64,000 bases of DNA. Origin: Salinispira sp. Lineage in GTDB: Bacteria; Spirochaetota; Spirochaetia; DSM-27196; Salinispiraceae. The DNA lies in assembly GCA_965226555.1 (NCBI GenBank), contig CBDDDG010000001.1, positions 96,001 to 160,000 of the forward strand, read 5' to 3'. Made by a program: the position numbers and the translations under genes. The notes beneath the pieces were generated by a model that saw nothing but the letters and a program-made list of their open reading frames with translations, ran no database searches and was not told where the DNA came from. Positions 9,848-19,405 of the stretch are shown in pieces. Position 1 is the stretch's first letter. Every line of letters starts with the position of its first letter.

Positions 9848-10464
9848 AACGTATATTCTCCCAATACTTGGTTTTTTATTAATGAATTTTTCGTAGAATC
9901 GGGATATCGCGTGTAAACATAGTGCAGAATTGTCTGTAAGGTTTTGTGTATAATGCTTGTTTTGAATCGTACGAGAATTTCCCGTTGGGGTTCGGTTAAA
10001 TTTGTCCATGAAAACCATTTCTGAGGCGAGGTAATAACTTTCTTTCCTTCTCCGCTAAGCGTATATTTTTCAATTTCATGCGTATAATCATTAATCCCTA
10101 AATTATCATTTTCAAAACCCCTCATATTCGATTCCCAGACATCATCGGCTCTACCTATTTGAGAATAAGAAATGCTTATAGTAAGCATATGTTTCGCGTT
10201 TAAAAAATCCACTGCTTCCAACACGTCTGTGCTGAATGGTCCAAAATTATAGGCTTCAAAATCAAAAGAAGAAATATTGTCAGACGGATTCAGGAATTTC
10301 TGCTGTACTTCCTGCTCAAAAAGGTACATCATCTTCATTAATCGCGTTCTGCCAGTAATTGGATATGCGATATTTTGATCCAGATCGCCGTATAAGGTGA
10401 GATGCACCGGCGCATAAAGCAGCAGGTGTAAAATATGAACGCATTTATAATTTTTCTTCGGCAT
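9844..10464 (-). CDS. Panacea/SocA (DUF4065)/YwgA-like winged-helix protein, putative antitoxin-like
   Basis: ITGRTRLMKMMYLF, FDFEAYNFGPFSTDV, YTLSGEG, ILHYVYTRYP. Confidence 0.78.
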   Translation of the reverse strand: MPKKNYKCVHILHLLLYAPVHLTLYGDLDQNIAYPITGRTRLMKMMYLFEQEVQQKFLNPSDNISSFDFEAYNFGPFSTDVLEAVDFLNAKHMLTISISYSQIGRADDVWESNMRGFENDNLGINDYTHEIEKYTLSGEGKKVITSPQKWFSWTNLTEPQREILVRFKTSIIHKTLQTILHYVYTRYPDSTKNSLIKNQVLGEYTL

Positions 10465-10654
10465 GACAAGAGTATATCAGAAACCTTTATTTATGCAAAC
10501 CTTTTTGATACAGTCTTCTACCCACATAGCATTCACCCCGCATTCAAGAGCAATCCGACCTTACCATATTGTATTCATCATTAACAATGATAGCACTGGG
10601 ACGATATCGCCATACATGCCTTTTCTTTTGTTTTCCAAATGTATATACTGCGAT

Positions 10655-10724
10655 AAAACTTTGCTACTGAAAACTTTGTTACTGGAAATTGTGCAAGCAC
10701 AATTTTCCAATGCAAACGTTTCTA
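10655..10724 (+). repeat. Palindromic repeat-family copy with a duplicated left arm
   Basis: AAAACTTTGCTACTGAAAACTTTGTTACTGGAAATTGTGC-AA-GCACAATTTTCCAATGCAAACGTTTCTA. Confidence 0.85.
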
Positions 10725-10746
10725 TTACAAAGAATAGGAGATATAT

Positions 10747-11739
10747 ATGGAATATCGTAATCTTGGAAGATCGGGACTGAAGGTTTCGGCGCTTTCCTTC
10801 GGATCGTGGGTGACATTTTCATCGACAGTTGATGTTGATGCTGCGGTCGATATGATGAAAGCCGCCTTCGACGCCGGTGTGAATTTCTTTGATAACGCCG
10901 AGGCCTACGCGCAGGGAGAATCGGAAACTATTATGGGCAAGGCCCTGAAGAAAATTGGATGGAACCGCAGTGAATACACGGCATCCACCAAAATATTCTG
11001 GGGCGGTTCAGGCCCGAATCAGAGCGGTCTCTCGCGCAAGCACATTCTGGAAGGTACGGCAGCGGCGCTTACGCGTCTTCAGCTGGACTATGTGGATATG
11101 GTGTTTTGTCATCGTCCCGATTATGAAACCCCCATTGAAGAAACGGTTCGGGCAATGACCTATCTTGTGAACCAGGGCTATGCTCTGTATTGGGGAACCA
11201 GCGAATGGAGCGCATATCAGCTTCGCGCAGCATACGACATTGCCGAACAGGAACACCTCATTCCGCCTGTTATGGAGCAGCCCGAATACAATATGTTCTT
11301 CCGTGAGCGTTTTGAAGTTGAATATGCTCCCCTGTACAGCGATTTTGGACTTGGTACGACAATTTGGAGTCCGCTCTCTTCCGGAGTTCTCACCGGTAAA
11401 TACGGAAAGGGAATTTCCGATGGACGTCTCACCATGGAAGGATACGAATGGCTCAGGGAACGCTGGGAATCGGATGATGGACGCAGAAAAATTGAAACAG
11501 TGGAAAAGCTCCGTCCGATAGCCGGTGACATCGGCGCAACGCTTGCCCAGCTTGCCATTGCCTGGACCCTCAGAAACCCGCATGTGAGTACCTGTATTAC
11601 CGGTGCCAGCAGGATATCGCAGCTCCATGAAAACCTCAAAGCCATGGATATTCTTCCCAAGCTCACCGATGATGTTATGGAAGAAATAGAAAAGGTTCTG
11701 AATAACAAGCCCGAATTTCCCCGTAACTGGAGGGGCTAG
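10747..11739 (+). CDS. Aldo/keto reductase (Kv-beta/YghZ-like)
   Basis: MEYRNLGRSGLKVSALSFGSWVTF, FFDNAEAY, STKIFWG, CHRPD, YWGTSEW, WSPL.SG.LTGKY. Confidence 0.95.
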   Translation: MEYRNLGRSGLKVSALSFGSWVTFSSTVDVDAAVDMMKAAFDAGVNFFDNAEAYAQGESETIMGKALKKIGWNRSEYTASTKIFWGGSGPNQSGLSRKHILEGTAAALTRLQLDYVDMVFCHRPDYETPIEETVRAMTYLVNQGYALYWGTSEWSAYQLRAAYDIAEQEHLIPPVMEQPEYNMFFRERFEVEYAPLYSDFGLGTTIWSPLSSGVLTGKYGKGISDGRLTMEGYEWLRERWESDDGRRKIETVEKLRPIAGDIGATLAQLAIAWTLRNPHVSTCITGASRISQLHENLKAMDILPKLTDDVMEEIEKVLNNKPEFPRNWRG

Positions 11740-11809
11740 GGGATGCCATAATACCTCATGTTGTTTGATGTGAGTCGATGGATGTGGGAATGATGATGGG
11801 AATGAGTAT

Positions 11810-11959
11810 ATGAAGTCCCTGAATATCCGGGGATTTTCAATTGCGCTTATTGACATAGACGACCTAATCGTTGTAGAAACAGAAGACGCCCTGCTTATAA
11901 GCAGGCGGGGGTCGGGGCAGAAAGTAAAGCAGGTGGTGGAGAACATAGAATTAATATGA
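11810..11959 (+). pseudogene. C-terminal remnant of mannose-1-phosphate guanylyltransferase (ManC-like)
   Basis: Manual translation gives IALIDIDDLIVVETEDALLISRRGSGQKVKQVVE*; its stop overlaps the next ATG; the catalytic N-terminus is absent. Confidence 0.7.
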
Positions 11960-12594
11960 ATTTTTCGAAAATAAGTATGTATTGTATCGGTATATTATCC
12001 GCATTATTCATCCTGTCCTGCGCCAGCATACCGCCCGAAGCAGTTGAGCTTTCAACAGCGGTGGAATCGCGAATTACTGAAACAAAGTCCATGCATCAAT
12101 CGCTGGTGAGAAGCTATTTCGATGCCCGATATGCTCTTGTTGACGATTATATGTATAATGAGTATGTGGACGACTATATTGAAAATATATTCAATAACCC
12201 TGCCATTCACGAAGCATGGAATGAGATCAGAACTGGTGAAAATGAGGAAGACAGAAACATGTTCTTCCGAGTTGTGACCCTGCGGCTCTTTCAGAATGTG
12301 CAGGATCAACGCAAGCAGCTTATATCTCCCATTCAAGAACGGGAAAACGAGTTATTGCAGGCATTAGACCAATACTATGGCGATACTCTGGCAGCTCATA
12401 GATACATTACAGACCTGTTGGCATCGGCGGCAGACCTCAATGCAACTCGTAATGAACTATTCGCCGACATTGTTGGCGAAACCCCCGATTTTTCAGGTAT
12501 TATTGATCAGATTAATCGGGCAAGCAACACGCTACGAGCTGGCGGAGAAAGCGCAGAAGAAGCATTGAACAAGACTTTGGAAATAATCCAGTAA
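11956..12594 (+). CDS. Hypothetical lipoprotein, helical
   Basis: Signal peptide with lipobox ILSC, followed by ASIPPEAVELS. Confidence 0.8.
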   Translation: MNFSKISMYCIGILSALFILSCASIPPEAVELSTAVESRITETKSMHQSLVRSYFDARYALVDDYMYNEYVDDYIENIFNNPAIHEAWNEIRTGENEEDRNMFFRVVTLRLFQNVQDQRKQLISPIQERENELLQALDQYYGDTLAAHRYITDLLASAADLNATRNELFADIVGETPDFSGIIDQINRASNTLRAGGESAEEALNKTLEIIQ

Positions 12595-12599
12595 CCATA

Positions 12600-12656
12600 A
12601 CAAAGTTTTGCTACTGGAAATTGTGCACGCACAATTTTCCAATGCAAAAGTTTCTA
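12600..12656 (+). repeat. 57-bp single-hairpin form of the palindromic repeat family
   Basis: ACAAAGTTTTGCTACTGGAAATTGTGC-AC-GCACAATTTTCCAATGCAAAAGTTTCTA, immediately followed by AGGAGG. Confidence 0.9.
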
Positions 12657-12671
12657 AGGAGGAAAAATTTT

Positions 12672-12932
12672 ATGGCAATTAATTGGAATAACGTAACGAA
12701 GGGAATAGATGAATCAAAACCAGATATTCCCTCCAGGATATCGTCCCTTACCCATTTCACCGACAAAGAGATTAGCTCATTGTTTCCTGCTGCGGGGGAT
12801 CAGAAGAATCTTGCCGATTTAATGGCGACGGTAAAGAATGCCACCAATGAAAATGCAAAGCAGAAGGCGATAATTGACAATGTAACGAAGTTTGCAAAAA
12901 CACTTGTCACCATTATTGATAAGGTGGTGTAA
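12672..12932 (+). CDS. Small hypothetical protein (86 aa)
   Basis: AGGAGG SD before ATG 12672; MAINWNNV...ISSLTHFTDKEISSLFP. Confidence 0.75.
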   Translation: MAINWNNVTKGIDESKPDIPSRISSLTHFTDKEISSLFPAAGDQKNLADLMATVKNATNENAKQKAIIDNVTKFAKTLVTIIDKVV

Positions 12933-12935
12933 TTT

Positions 12936-13292
12936 ATGCTGAGTTTAATTATCGCTGAAGCAATAGTTTTTGTTTCAACAGTACTAATAGTGATTGCGGC
13001 CTACACAAGAGCTGGCAAAATGAATGATGAGCATTTACGAGGACTTGCCCTCCCGAGGGGAAGTGTTCGAGCCATTTTCACATTATGGCTGGTTGGGTCA
13101 TTTGCGGTTTTCACGTTATTTGGCGAGGAAGCAATGTCGAGTGTTGAGGCATATCAGCAGGGGTTATCTGCCCTCTCTGGAGTTACCGGATCGGTATTAG
13201 GTTTCTACTTTGGCGGACGCAGCGCAACCCCGCTCCCCGAGTCTGAAAAGAACCCCGCATCGAAAGCAGAACAGAATTCCATATCAACGTGA
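12936..13292 (+). CDS. Small membrane protein (about 3 TM segments)
   Basis: Hydrophobic segments, GLALPRGSVRA, GSVLGFYFGGR. Confidence 0.75.
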   Translation: MLSLIIAEAIVFVSTVLIVIAAYTRAGKMNDEHLRGLALPRGSVRAIFTLWLVGSFAVFTLFGEEAMSSVEAYQQGLSALSGVTGSVLGFYFGGRSATPLPESEKNPASKAEQNSIST

Positions 13293-13361
13293 TCGTGAGG
13301 TCATCGAAAGGGCATCGCGAACTATGGGAGCCCTCTCTTTTTGGGTGCGAAACGCTGGCTA

Positions 13362-14621
13362 ATGATACAGACAATTTTTAAGTATGGCATGAGTGAATTT
13401 TTTGCGAAGGGCCTGAATGTTATACTCCTATCGCTCGTATTACCCGCGCTGCTCGACATTGAAAGTTACGGACAGGTCGCTATCATTATTGCGATTGAAA
13501 TGATTTTTCTTGTATTACTGACCTGTAATCAAAACACCGTAATGCTCCGCTTATATAGTTCTTTCAAAGGAAAACTATTCCATCTCTATAGTGTTTCATT
13601 TGGAATTGTTCTAATAATGGCTGCTGTTTTACTCATTTTGTACGTTGCGTTGTTTGCAACAAATATATTGAACTTTGAGAATATTAAAAATTATACAATT
13701 CTCTTTATTATTATTGCGGCTGCATTACAAGGACAATTTGCGTTATATCTTGCCTATCTTCGAAAGGAAAACAGGGTCGACGAGTACGGCATTAGTCGAA
13801 TATGTTATCAGATAGTTAAATTCTGTATAGTTGCGGGAGGAGCTGTAATACTCAGAGATGTCACAGCGTACCCCCTCGGCATTTTGGTATCGAATATTGT
13901 CGTATTTGTGTTTATCGGAGTTAGAAATCGGCATCGTTTTACAACTTTCAGAGTACATTTTTCAGAAATTTTCACTAATGTGAAATCGGTTTTTAAAGAC
14001 AATATGCATATTGCGCTTCCTCTGACCATAAGTTCGCTTATTACATCAATGTATACCTTTATTGATCGATTCATACTTCAGTATTTTCTCACTATGCAAC
14101 AGGTAGGAGTCTATAATTTTGCGCTTACCTTAGGAAATACGATCTATTTTTTTGTTTACGTTCTCAGCCTATCCTATGTTCCGGTTATATATGAAAACAA
14201 GGAGTATGATCATCATACCGCTAAGCTCTTACGTACATTTCTTATTGTCGCAATGCTTACTTCCCTGGGCGCAGTCGTTGTAATATATTTTTTCATATTT
14301 CCATTTACGCTGCAATTTGTTCCATCGGACTATGAGGATGGGCGGGTAGTTCTCCTTCTTGCATCCGGTGCAATGGTTATTAATACACTAACCTTGTATG
14401 GCACCTATACCTTGATCAGCCTGCGGAAAGTGATACTAATACCCATTCTTACACTTGGCGCATTAATTATTAAAGTAATTCTGAACTATTTTTTTATTCC
14501 ATTGTATGGAATTAATGGTTCAGGTATGGCAGTCATTCTCAGTGAATTTTTGCATGGGCTTTCGTTTATAATTGTCGCTCGGGTACTTGTAAACAGAAAT
14601 CGAAGCAAGATCAGTTTGTAG
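13362..14621 (+). CDS. wzx: Oligosaccharide flippase (Wzx-like)
   Basis: Multi-TM protein; ESYGQV, FIDRFILQYFL..QQVGVYNFA, LNYFFIPLYGINGSGMA; start uncertain (13341 or 13362). Confidence 0.85.
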   Translation: MIQTIFKYGMSEFFAKGLNVILLSLVLPALLDIESYGQVAIIIAIEMIFLVLLTCNQNTVMLRLYSSFKGKLFHLYSVSFGIVLIMAAVLLILYVALFATNILNFENIKNYTILFIIIAAALQGQFALYLAYLRKENRVDEYGISRICYQIVKFCIVAGGAVILRDVTAYPLGILVSNIVVFVFIGVRNRHRFTTFRVHFSEIFTNVKSVFKDNMHIALPLTISSLITSMYTFIDRFILQYFLTMQQVGVYNFALTLGNTIYFFVYVLSLSYVPVIYENKEYDHHTAKLLRTFLIVAMLTSLGAVVVIYFFIFPFTLQFVPSDYEDGRVVLLLASGAMVINTLTLYGTYTLISLRKVILIPILTLGALIIKVILNYFFIPLYGINGSGMAVILSEFLHGLSFIIVARVLVNRNRSKISL

Positions 14622-14672
14622 TGTGTAATGAAATGAGAAACGATGAATTATTTTCTGGTTGAATTCGCCCGC

Positions 14673-14701
14673 TTGTAAAAAAAATTATGGACAAGTATAA
14701 T
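14673..14701 (+). promoter_or_regulatory. Sigma70-like promoter upstream of neuB
   Basis: TTGTAA-17 bp-TATAAT. Confidence 0.55.
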
Positions 14702-14736
14702 AGAATTATGCAAAAATTTCTACAAGGAGAATCATT

Positions 14737-15612
14737 GTGGTAAAAGTTGTCGGTGAAATTGGGTGCAATCATCAAGGAAAAATGGACATTGCAAAAGAGC
14801 TCATTAAAATAGCGGCTGTTTTTTGCAAATGTGACTACGTTAAGTTCCAGAAGAGATCAAATAAGGAACTTCTAACTGTAGAAGAGTACAATGCTCCCCA
14901 CCCTGTTCCGAAGAACTCTTATGGAAGAACCTATGGTGAGCACAGAGAATTTCTTGAATTCAACTTAGATCAACATAAAAAACTCCAACATTTGTGTAAT
15001 GAATTTAATATCGGATACTCGACATCTGTATGGGATATGACTTCAGCCCGAGAAATGTCTACCCTCAATTGCGATTTTATCAAAATACCTTCTGCCTGTA
15101 ATTTAGACTATACAACCCAAAAATATCTCATTGAAAATTTCCATGGTGACATTCACGTTTCCACAGGAATGACCACAAAAAACGAAATTGAAGCGATTGT
15201 TCGTTTTTATGAAGAAAACAATGCCGCCCATCGACTTGTTTTATATGTATGCACTTCAGGATACCCTGTGAGTTTTGAAGATGTTTGTTTGTTGGAAATT
15301 ACTCGCTTTAAAAAACTTTACGCCGCGAGGGTTAAGGAAATTGCCTTCTCAGGGCATCATCTTGGAATTGCTGCGGATATAGCCGCAGTCACTTTGGGAG
15401 CTGCCTGGATAGAAAGACACTACACGCTTGACAGGGCATGGAAAGGAACTGACCACGCGGCATCCTTAGAACCCGATGGTTTAAGAAAACTCACAAGAGA
15501 CATAAAAGCTGTCGAAAAGACCCTTACCTACAAGAATAAAGATATTCTGGACATCGAAAATGTCCAGCGAAGAAAACTCAAAAGAACCCGGGAGAATTTT
15601 GCCCATGCTTAA
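14737..15612 (+). CDS. neuB: N-acetylneuraminate/KDN-9-phosphate synthase family, short form without the C-terminal AFL/SAF domain
   Basis: GEIGCNHQG, VKFQKR, IKIPSA, SGHHLG, WIERHYTLDR.WKGTDHAASLEP; GTG start after AAGGAG. Confidence 0.92.
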   Translation: MVKVVGEIGCNHQGKMDIAKELIKIAAVFCKCDYVKFQKRSNKELLTVEEYNAPHPVPKNSYGRTYGEHREFLEFNLDQHKKLQHLCNEFNIGYSTSVWDMTSAREMSTLNCDFIKIPSACNLDYTTQKYLIENFHGDIHVSTGMTTKNEIEAIVRFYEENNAAHRLVLYVCTSGYPVSFEDVCLLEITRFKKLYAARVKEIAFSGHHLGIAADIAAVTLGAAWIERHYTLDRAWKGTDHAASLEPDGLRKLTRDIKAVEKTLTYKNKDILDIENVQRRKLKRTRENFAHA

Positions 15613-16777
15613 AAAAATCGTAGCTCTCATTCCACTTAGGGGGGGATCAAAAAGCATTCCTCACAAAAATATCAAAGTAATAGCTGGGAGACCCCTCTTT
15701 TTCTGGACAACGCGAGCCGCTGTTGAATCTAACGTTTTTTCTGATGTTTATATATCCACAGATTCAAACGAAATTACGGAATGTGTTCGCAAATATTTTA
15801 ATGAAACAGAAGTTACCGTGCTAAAGAGAGCCGATTATTTGGCAACCGATGAAGCCTCGACAGAAGCCGTTATGCTCAATTTTGCCAGCAAATACGATTT
15901 TACTGATATATGTCTTATACAGGCAACATCTCCCATCACAAGTGTTCAGGATATAAAAAACGCCTTCCTGTTATATACGCAAAACAAATTCGACTCCCTT
16001 TTTACAGCCGTACAATTTAAACGATTTTTATGGGGGTATGATTCCAACCCCATTACCTATGATTTTCGCAACCGCCCGCGAAGACAGGAATTTAAAGGCT
16101 GTCTTATGGAAAACGGATCGTTTTATTTTACCCGGCGCGAAATTTTGTTGAACGAGAAAAACCGTCTCGGAGGGAAAATTGGCTATTATGTTATGGCTGA
16201 AGAAACAGCCGTTGAAATAGATGAACCGAGCGATTGGGATATTGTTGCTCGCCTCATCCAAAAAAACTCTCTTCTCTATTTTAAACGTTCCCTAGAACAC
16301 ATTAGGGCCATAATTTTCGATGTTGATGGAACCATGACCGATGCGGGAATGTATTATGGCGAAACCGGTGAAACTCTCAAAAAATTTAACACACGCGATG
16401 CTGAGGGAATCGCTTGTTTAAGAGAACAGGGAATAAAAATAGGTGTTATTACGGGAGAGAACAGCCCTTCAGTCACCTCAAGAATGAATAAACTACAAAT
16501 TGAATGCTATGAGAAGGACGTTTCTAACAAATTGCCAGTATTCAATAAAATGATACAGAAATGGGGATTGTTGCCTTCTCAGGTTGGCTATATGGGCGAT
16601 GACATTAGTGACAAATTATGCATGGAAGCTGCGGGTTATAGTTTCTGCCCCCAAGATGCCGTTGAGAATGTAAAACATCTTGCGGGCTTTGTCTGCGCTG
16701 AAAAATCGGGAGAAGGGGCGGTAAGAGAAGTGGCCAATGTAATACTAAAAAACATATCGCCTGCCCAATTGTCATAA
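15605..16777 (+). CDS. neuA: CMP-nonulosonate synthetase fused to a KdsC-like HAD phosphatase
   Basis: ALIPLRGGSKSIPHKNI, IQATSP, ENGSFY, EIDEP.D; C-terminal FDVDGTMTD, KFNTRD, YMGDDISD, GEGAVRE. Confidence 0.92.
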   Translation: MLKKIVALIPLRGGSKSIPHKNIKVIAGRPLFFWTTRAAVESNVFSDVYISTDSNEITECVRKYFNETEVTVLKRADYLATDEASTEAVMLNFASKYDFTDICLIQATSPITSVQDIKNAFLLYTQNKFDSLFTAVQFKRFLWGYDSNPITYDFRNRPRRQEFKGCLMENGSFYFTRREILLNEKNRLGGKIGYYVMAEETAVEIDEPSDWDIVARLIQKNSLLYFKRSLEHIRAIIFDVDGTMTDAGMYYGETGETLKKFNTRDAEGIACLREQGIKIGVITGENSPSVTSRMNKLQIECYEKDVSNKLPVFNKMIQKWGLLPSQVGYMGDDISDKLCMEAAGYSFCPQDAVENVKHLAGFVCAEKSGEGAVREVANVILKNISPAQLS

Positions 16778-16778
16778 C

Positions 16779-18035
16779 ATGAAAAAAATTATCTATTTCG
16801 ATTCCTGGACACTGGGAATTCAGAATTATTGTTCCATTGACAGACTACTGCGAAACGACTGTCAGACTCTCCTTCTCCATGTAGAAAGTCTGGTAGTTCC
16901 CTATTTCGCTTCTCATGTTGACACCTCCTGGTATAGAGCTGAAAAAGAACAAAGAATCTCCGGTATCCATTGTAAGGATATTTCCGCGTACAACGGAATG
17001 ACAATTGCGGACATTCTGAAAACAGAAGCCCCCAATGTTGTTGTGCAGCTAAATGTGTCGCATCTTCAGAACCGAATGGTAACAGCAGCCTGCAAGCGTC
17101 TGGGTATAAAGGTAGTGTTTATGATGCACGGCGCAATCCGCAACCTGAATGAGGCCGAGTCGCTTGCTACCAGCCTGACAGAATCGCATAAACATAATAT
17201 TTCGCTTAAAGTCAAAAAAATCCGTAAATATATCAGGCTTCTGCGTGAATACCACGCGGCTTCAGGGAAAATCAGCGATACCCTAAACATTGCCCGACAA
17301 GTATTTTCTTCACCGTTTAAATTCACATGGAATCCAGAGCCTCATTTTTCATTAAATGTCGACAAATCTTTCGTCTATACAATTGCAGACATTCATTCTC
17401 TGTCGGAAGTATTTGGCATTCCATTAAAAAATAGTATGGCTGTCGGGAATCCAAAACTGGATCCGATATTGTCTGAACCGCATCAGAAAACACAACGGCA
17501 GTCTGATAAACTGAGGCTTTTATATATTGAAGGATCGGTCAATGATCTGAAGATGATGGATGATTCACAGCAAATGAATATTCTTTCATTTCTGAACGAA
17601 GCGGCAAAGCGAAACAAACTTGAATTTGTTATTAGACTCCACCCCGGTACAAACCGAAAGAATTTCATTCAGAAATTTGGTTCCGAGTATCAGTATTCGC
17701 CAGCAGATGAATCGTTGAAAAACTCCCTCCTTAATGCAACAATAATTACCGGGCATCACTCAACAGCAATGCTGGAAAGTATTGCCTACCGCATACCGAC
17801 CATTTCCCTGTTGTGGTTTGGAGGGGCACTCCAGCGCATTGTTGTTAATGAACATGATGTGGGAATTGTCAGACAAAAGAGCTCATTTGAAGAAAAACTG
17901 CGGGAGTTTCTTAAAAACGGCTGGATGCAGGAAGAAACCCGCAAAACATTATTTCCCCGGGGTGACATACCCGCGGCAGAAAATATTGTTGCGGAAATTA
18001 GGAAATTGGCAGACACAGAATCTGCCGTATTATGA
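16779..18035 (+). CDS. Putative GT-B glycosyltransferase (possible nonulosonate transferase)
   Basis: MMHG, VGNPKLD, IRLHP and STAMLESIAYRIP motifs; position immediately after neuA. Confidence 0.6.
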   Translation: MKKIIYFDSWTLGIQNYCSIDRLLRNDCQTLLLHVESLVVPYFASHVDTSWYRAEKEQRISGIHCKDISAYNGMTIADILKTEAPNVVVQLNVSHLQNRMVTAACKRLGIKVVFMMHGAIRNLNEAESLATSLTESHKHNISLKVKKIRKYIRLLREYHAASGKISDTLNIARQVFSSPFKFTWNPEPHFSLNVDKSFVYTIADIHSLSEVFGIPLKNSMAVGNPKLDPILSEPHQKTQRQSDKLRLLYIEGSVNDLKMMDDSQQMNILSFLNEAAKRNKLEFVIRLHPGTNRKNFIQKFGSEYQYSPADESLKNSLLNATIITGHHSTAMLESIAYRIPTISLLWFGGALQRIVVNEHDVGIVRQKSSFEEKLREFLKNGWMQEETRKTLFPRGDIPAAENIVAEIRKLADTESAVL

Positions 18036-18135
18036 AAAAATTAATTCTGGCCTATGGTTTCAGCGAAGGTATAGCGAAAAGCTTGAACATGCGGATAATG
18101 GCGCGCGGAACGCAGAGCATTCCAAAGGAATAAGT

Positions 18136-19374
18136 ATGAAAAAAATACGCGGTCTACCAAAACTAAGGAATAACTTTAACCTTAAACTATTTTACATAGT
18201 GTGTCTGATCCCTGTCAATCTGTTATATAATGTAAATTATCTTTTCGCGTCTTTATATATCCGAAAACGATTCAGAAAAATTAATGATATTATTCTGCGT
18301 TTTTTTGTTGTATATGTTCCAATATGTTATTTGCTTGGATTTCTTACCGCGATATCTTTTAGTGTTTATGCCATAGGGAGGCATTTTATTAGTTTTGGCA
18401 TTTACTTTATCTTCCTGTGCCTGCTGTTTATTGAGTTCAACGAGAAAAAAATACGTATATTACTGGACGCGGTTATTATTATTGCTGTCATGTATGCTTC
18501 ATGGGTGCTATTAGTAATACTGTTTAATCCTCACGTTGCCATGAGTATTAACGATATTCGAAGCCTAAAAGAAATTCTGAGACTTTATCATATCTGGGGA
18601 TGGCCGCAATATAATGTCCCGGTGCTCATTTTTGCCCTGCTCCTGCTCCTGCCAAAGCTTTCGAGGAAAGTTACGCACTATTTTGCAGTTATAGTATTAT
18701 TGACTGTCATTATCTTTACCGGACTACGCGCGGCATATTTGGCACTGTTTGTTGGTTTTTTTTCGTATATCATAGTAAATATCTTAAAAATGGCAATGCT
18801 AAGATCATTTGAGAAACGCTTCCTGCATGTTCTGTCCGGGGTATGTATGTTTGCTCTTATAGCTTTATTATTTCTTTGGAACACAGCATTTTTTGACAGT
18901 GTTCTTTACCTGATTGAACGGGGAATTACTACATTGGAGGATTTTTTTACAAGGGGTCCTCCTACATTAAGATCAGATAACTTGAGATATGAACACTGGA
19001 GATTCGCTCTTAACCAGTTATGGAACACGAACTCCCTTCTCCATGGAAGCGGATTTATCGGAATATATGTATGGAATAATAATACGTTTGGAAGTCTTGA
19101 CAGTCAGTTCATAAATGATCTATTCCGTATGGGGTTAATTGGTACGTGTTTTGTGCTCTATTGTTTTGCCAAAATAATACGGTTTTTTTACCGATATGAT
19201 ACTCGCATTTTTTCATGTATGCTTGCCTTGTTGACGTATGGTTTTTTTCACACAACATATCAATCGCCATACATTGGCTTTATATTTTTCGCGCTATTGA
19301 GTTTTGCAGATTCCCAATCGCCAACGAAAGGAAAACGCAAGCATCGAGTATTACAGCGGGAGGAGAATATATGA
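18136..19374 (+). CDS. O-antigen polymerase/ligase (Wzy/WaaL-like) membrane protein
   Basis: Multi-TM protein; FTGLRAAYL, SDNLRYEHW, LLHGSG, LDSQFINDLFRMGLIG; start after AAGGA at 18136. Confidence 0.78.
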   Translation: MKKIRGLPKLRNNFNLKLFYIVCLIPVNLLYNVNYLFASLYIRKRFRKINDIILRFFVVYVPICYLLGFLTAISFSVYAIGRHFISFGIYFIFLCLLFIEFNEKKIRILLDAVIIIAVMYASWVLLVILFNPHVAMSINDIRSLKEILRLYHIWGWPQYNVPVLIFALLLLLPKLSRKVTHYFAVIVLLTVIIFTGLRAAYLALFVGFFSYIIVNILKMAMLRSFEKRFLHVLSGVCMFALIALLFLWNTAFFDSVLYLIERGITTLEDFFTRGPPTLRSDNLRYEHWRFALNQLWNTNSLLHGSGFIGIYVWNNNTFGSLDSQFINDLFRMGLIGTCFVLYCFAKIIRFFYRYDTRIFSCMLALLTYGFFHTTYQSPYIGFIFFALLSFADSQSPTKGKRKHRVLQREENI

Positions 19375-19405
19375 AAGTACTGTTATCTGTACAGGAGGCA
19401 AGAAG

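Noticed and set aside
9848..10018. N-terminal extension of the PD-(D/E)XK ORF in the ORF track
   Set aside because: Overlaps the upstream gene by ~170 bp; the GTGA-coupled start at 9847 has an SD
11008..11946. 312-aa minus-strand ORF
   Set aside because: Antisense to the aldo/keto reductase and the manC remnant; no motifs
17782..18135. Long N-terminal extension of the Wzy-like ORF
   Set aside because: Overlaps the preceding gene, looks non-coding, and an SD-preceded ATG exists at 18136
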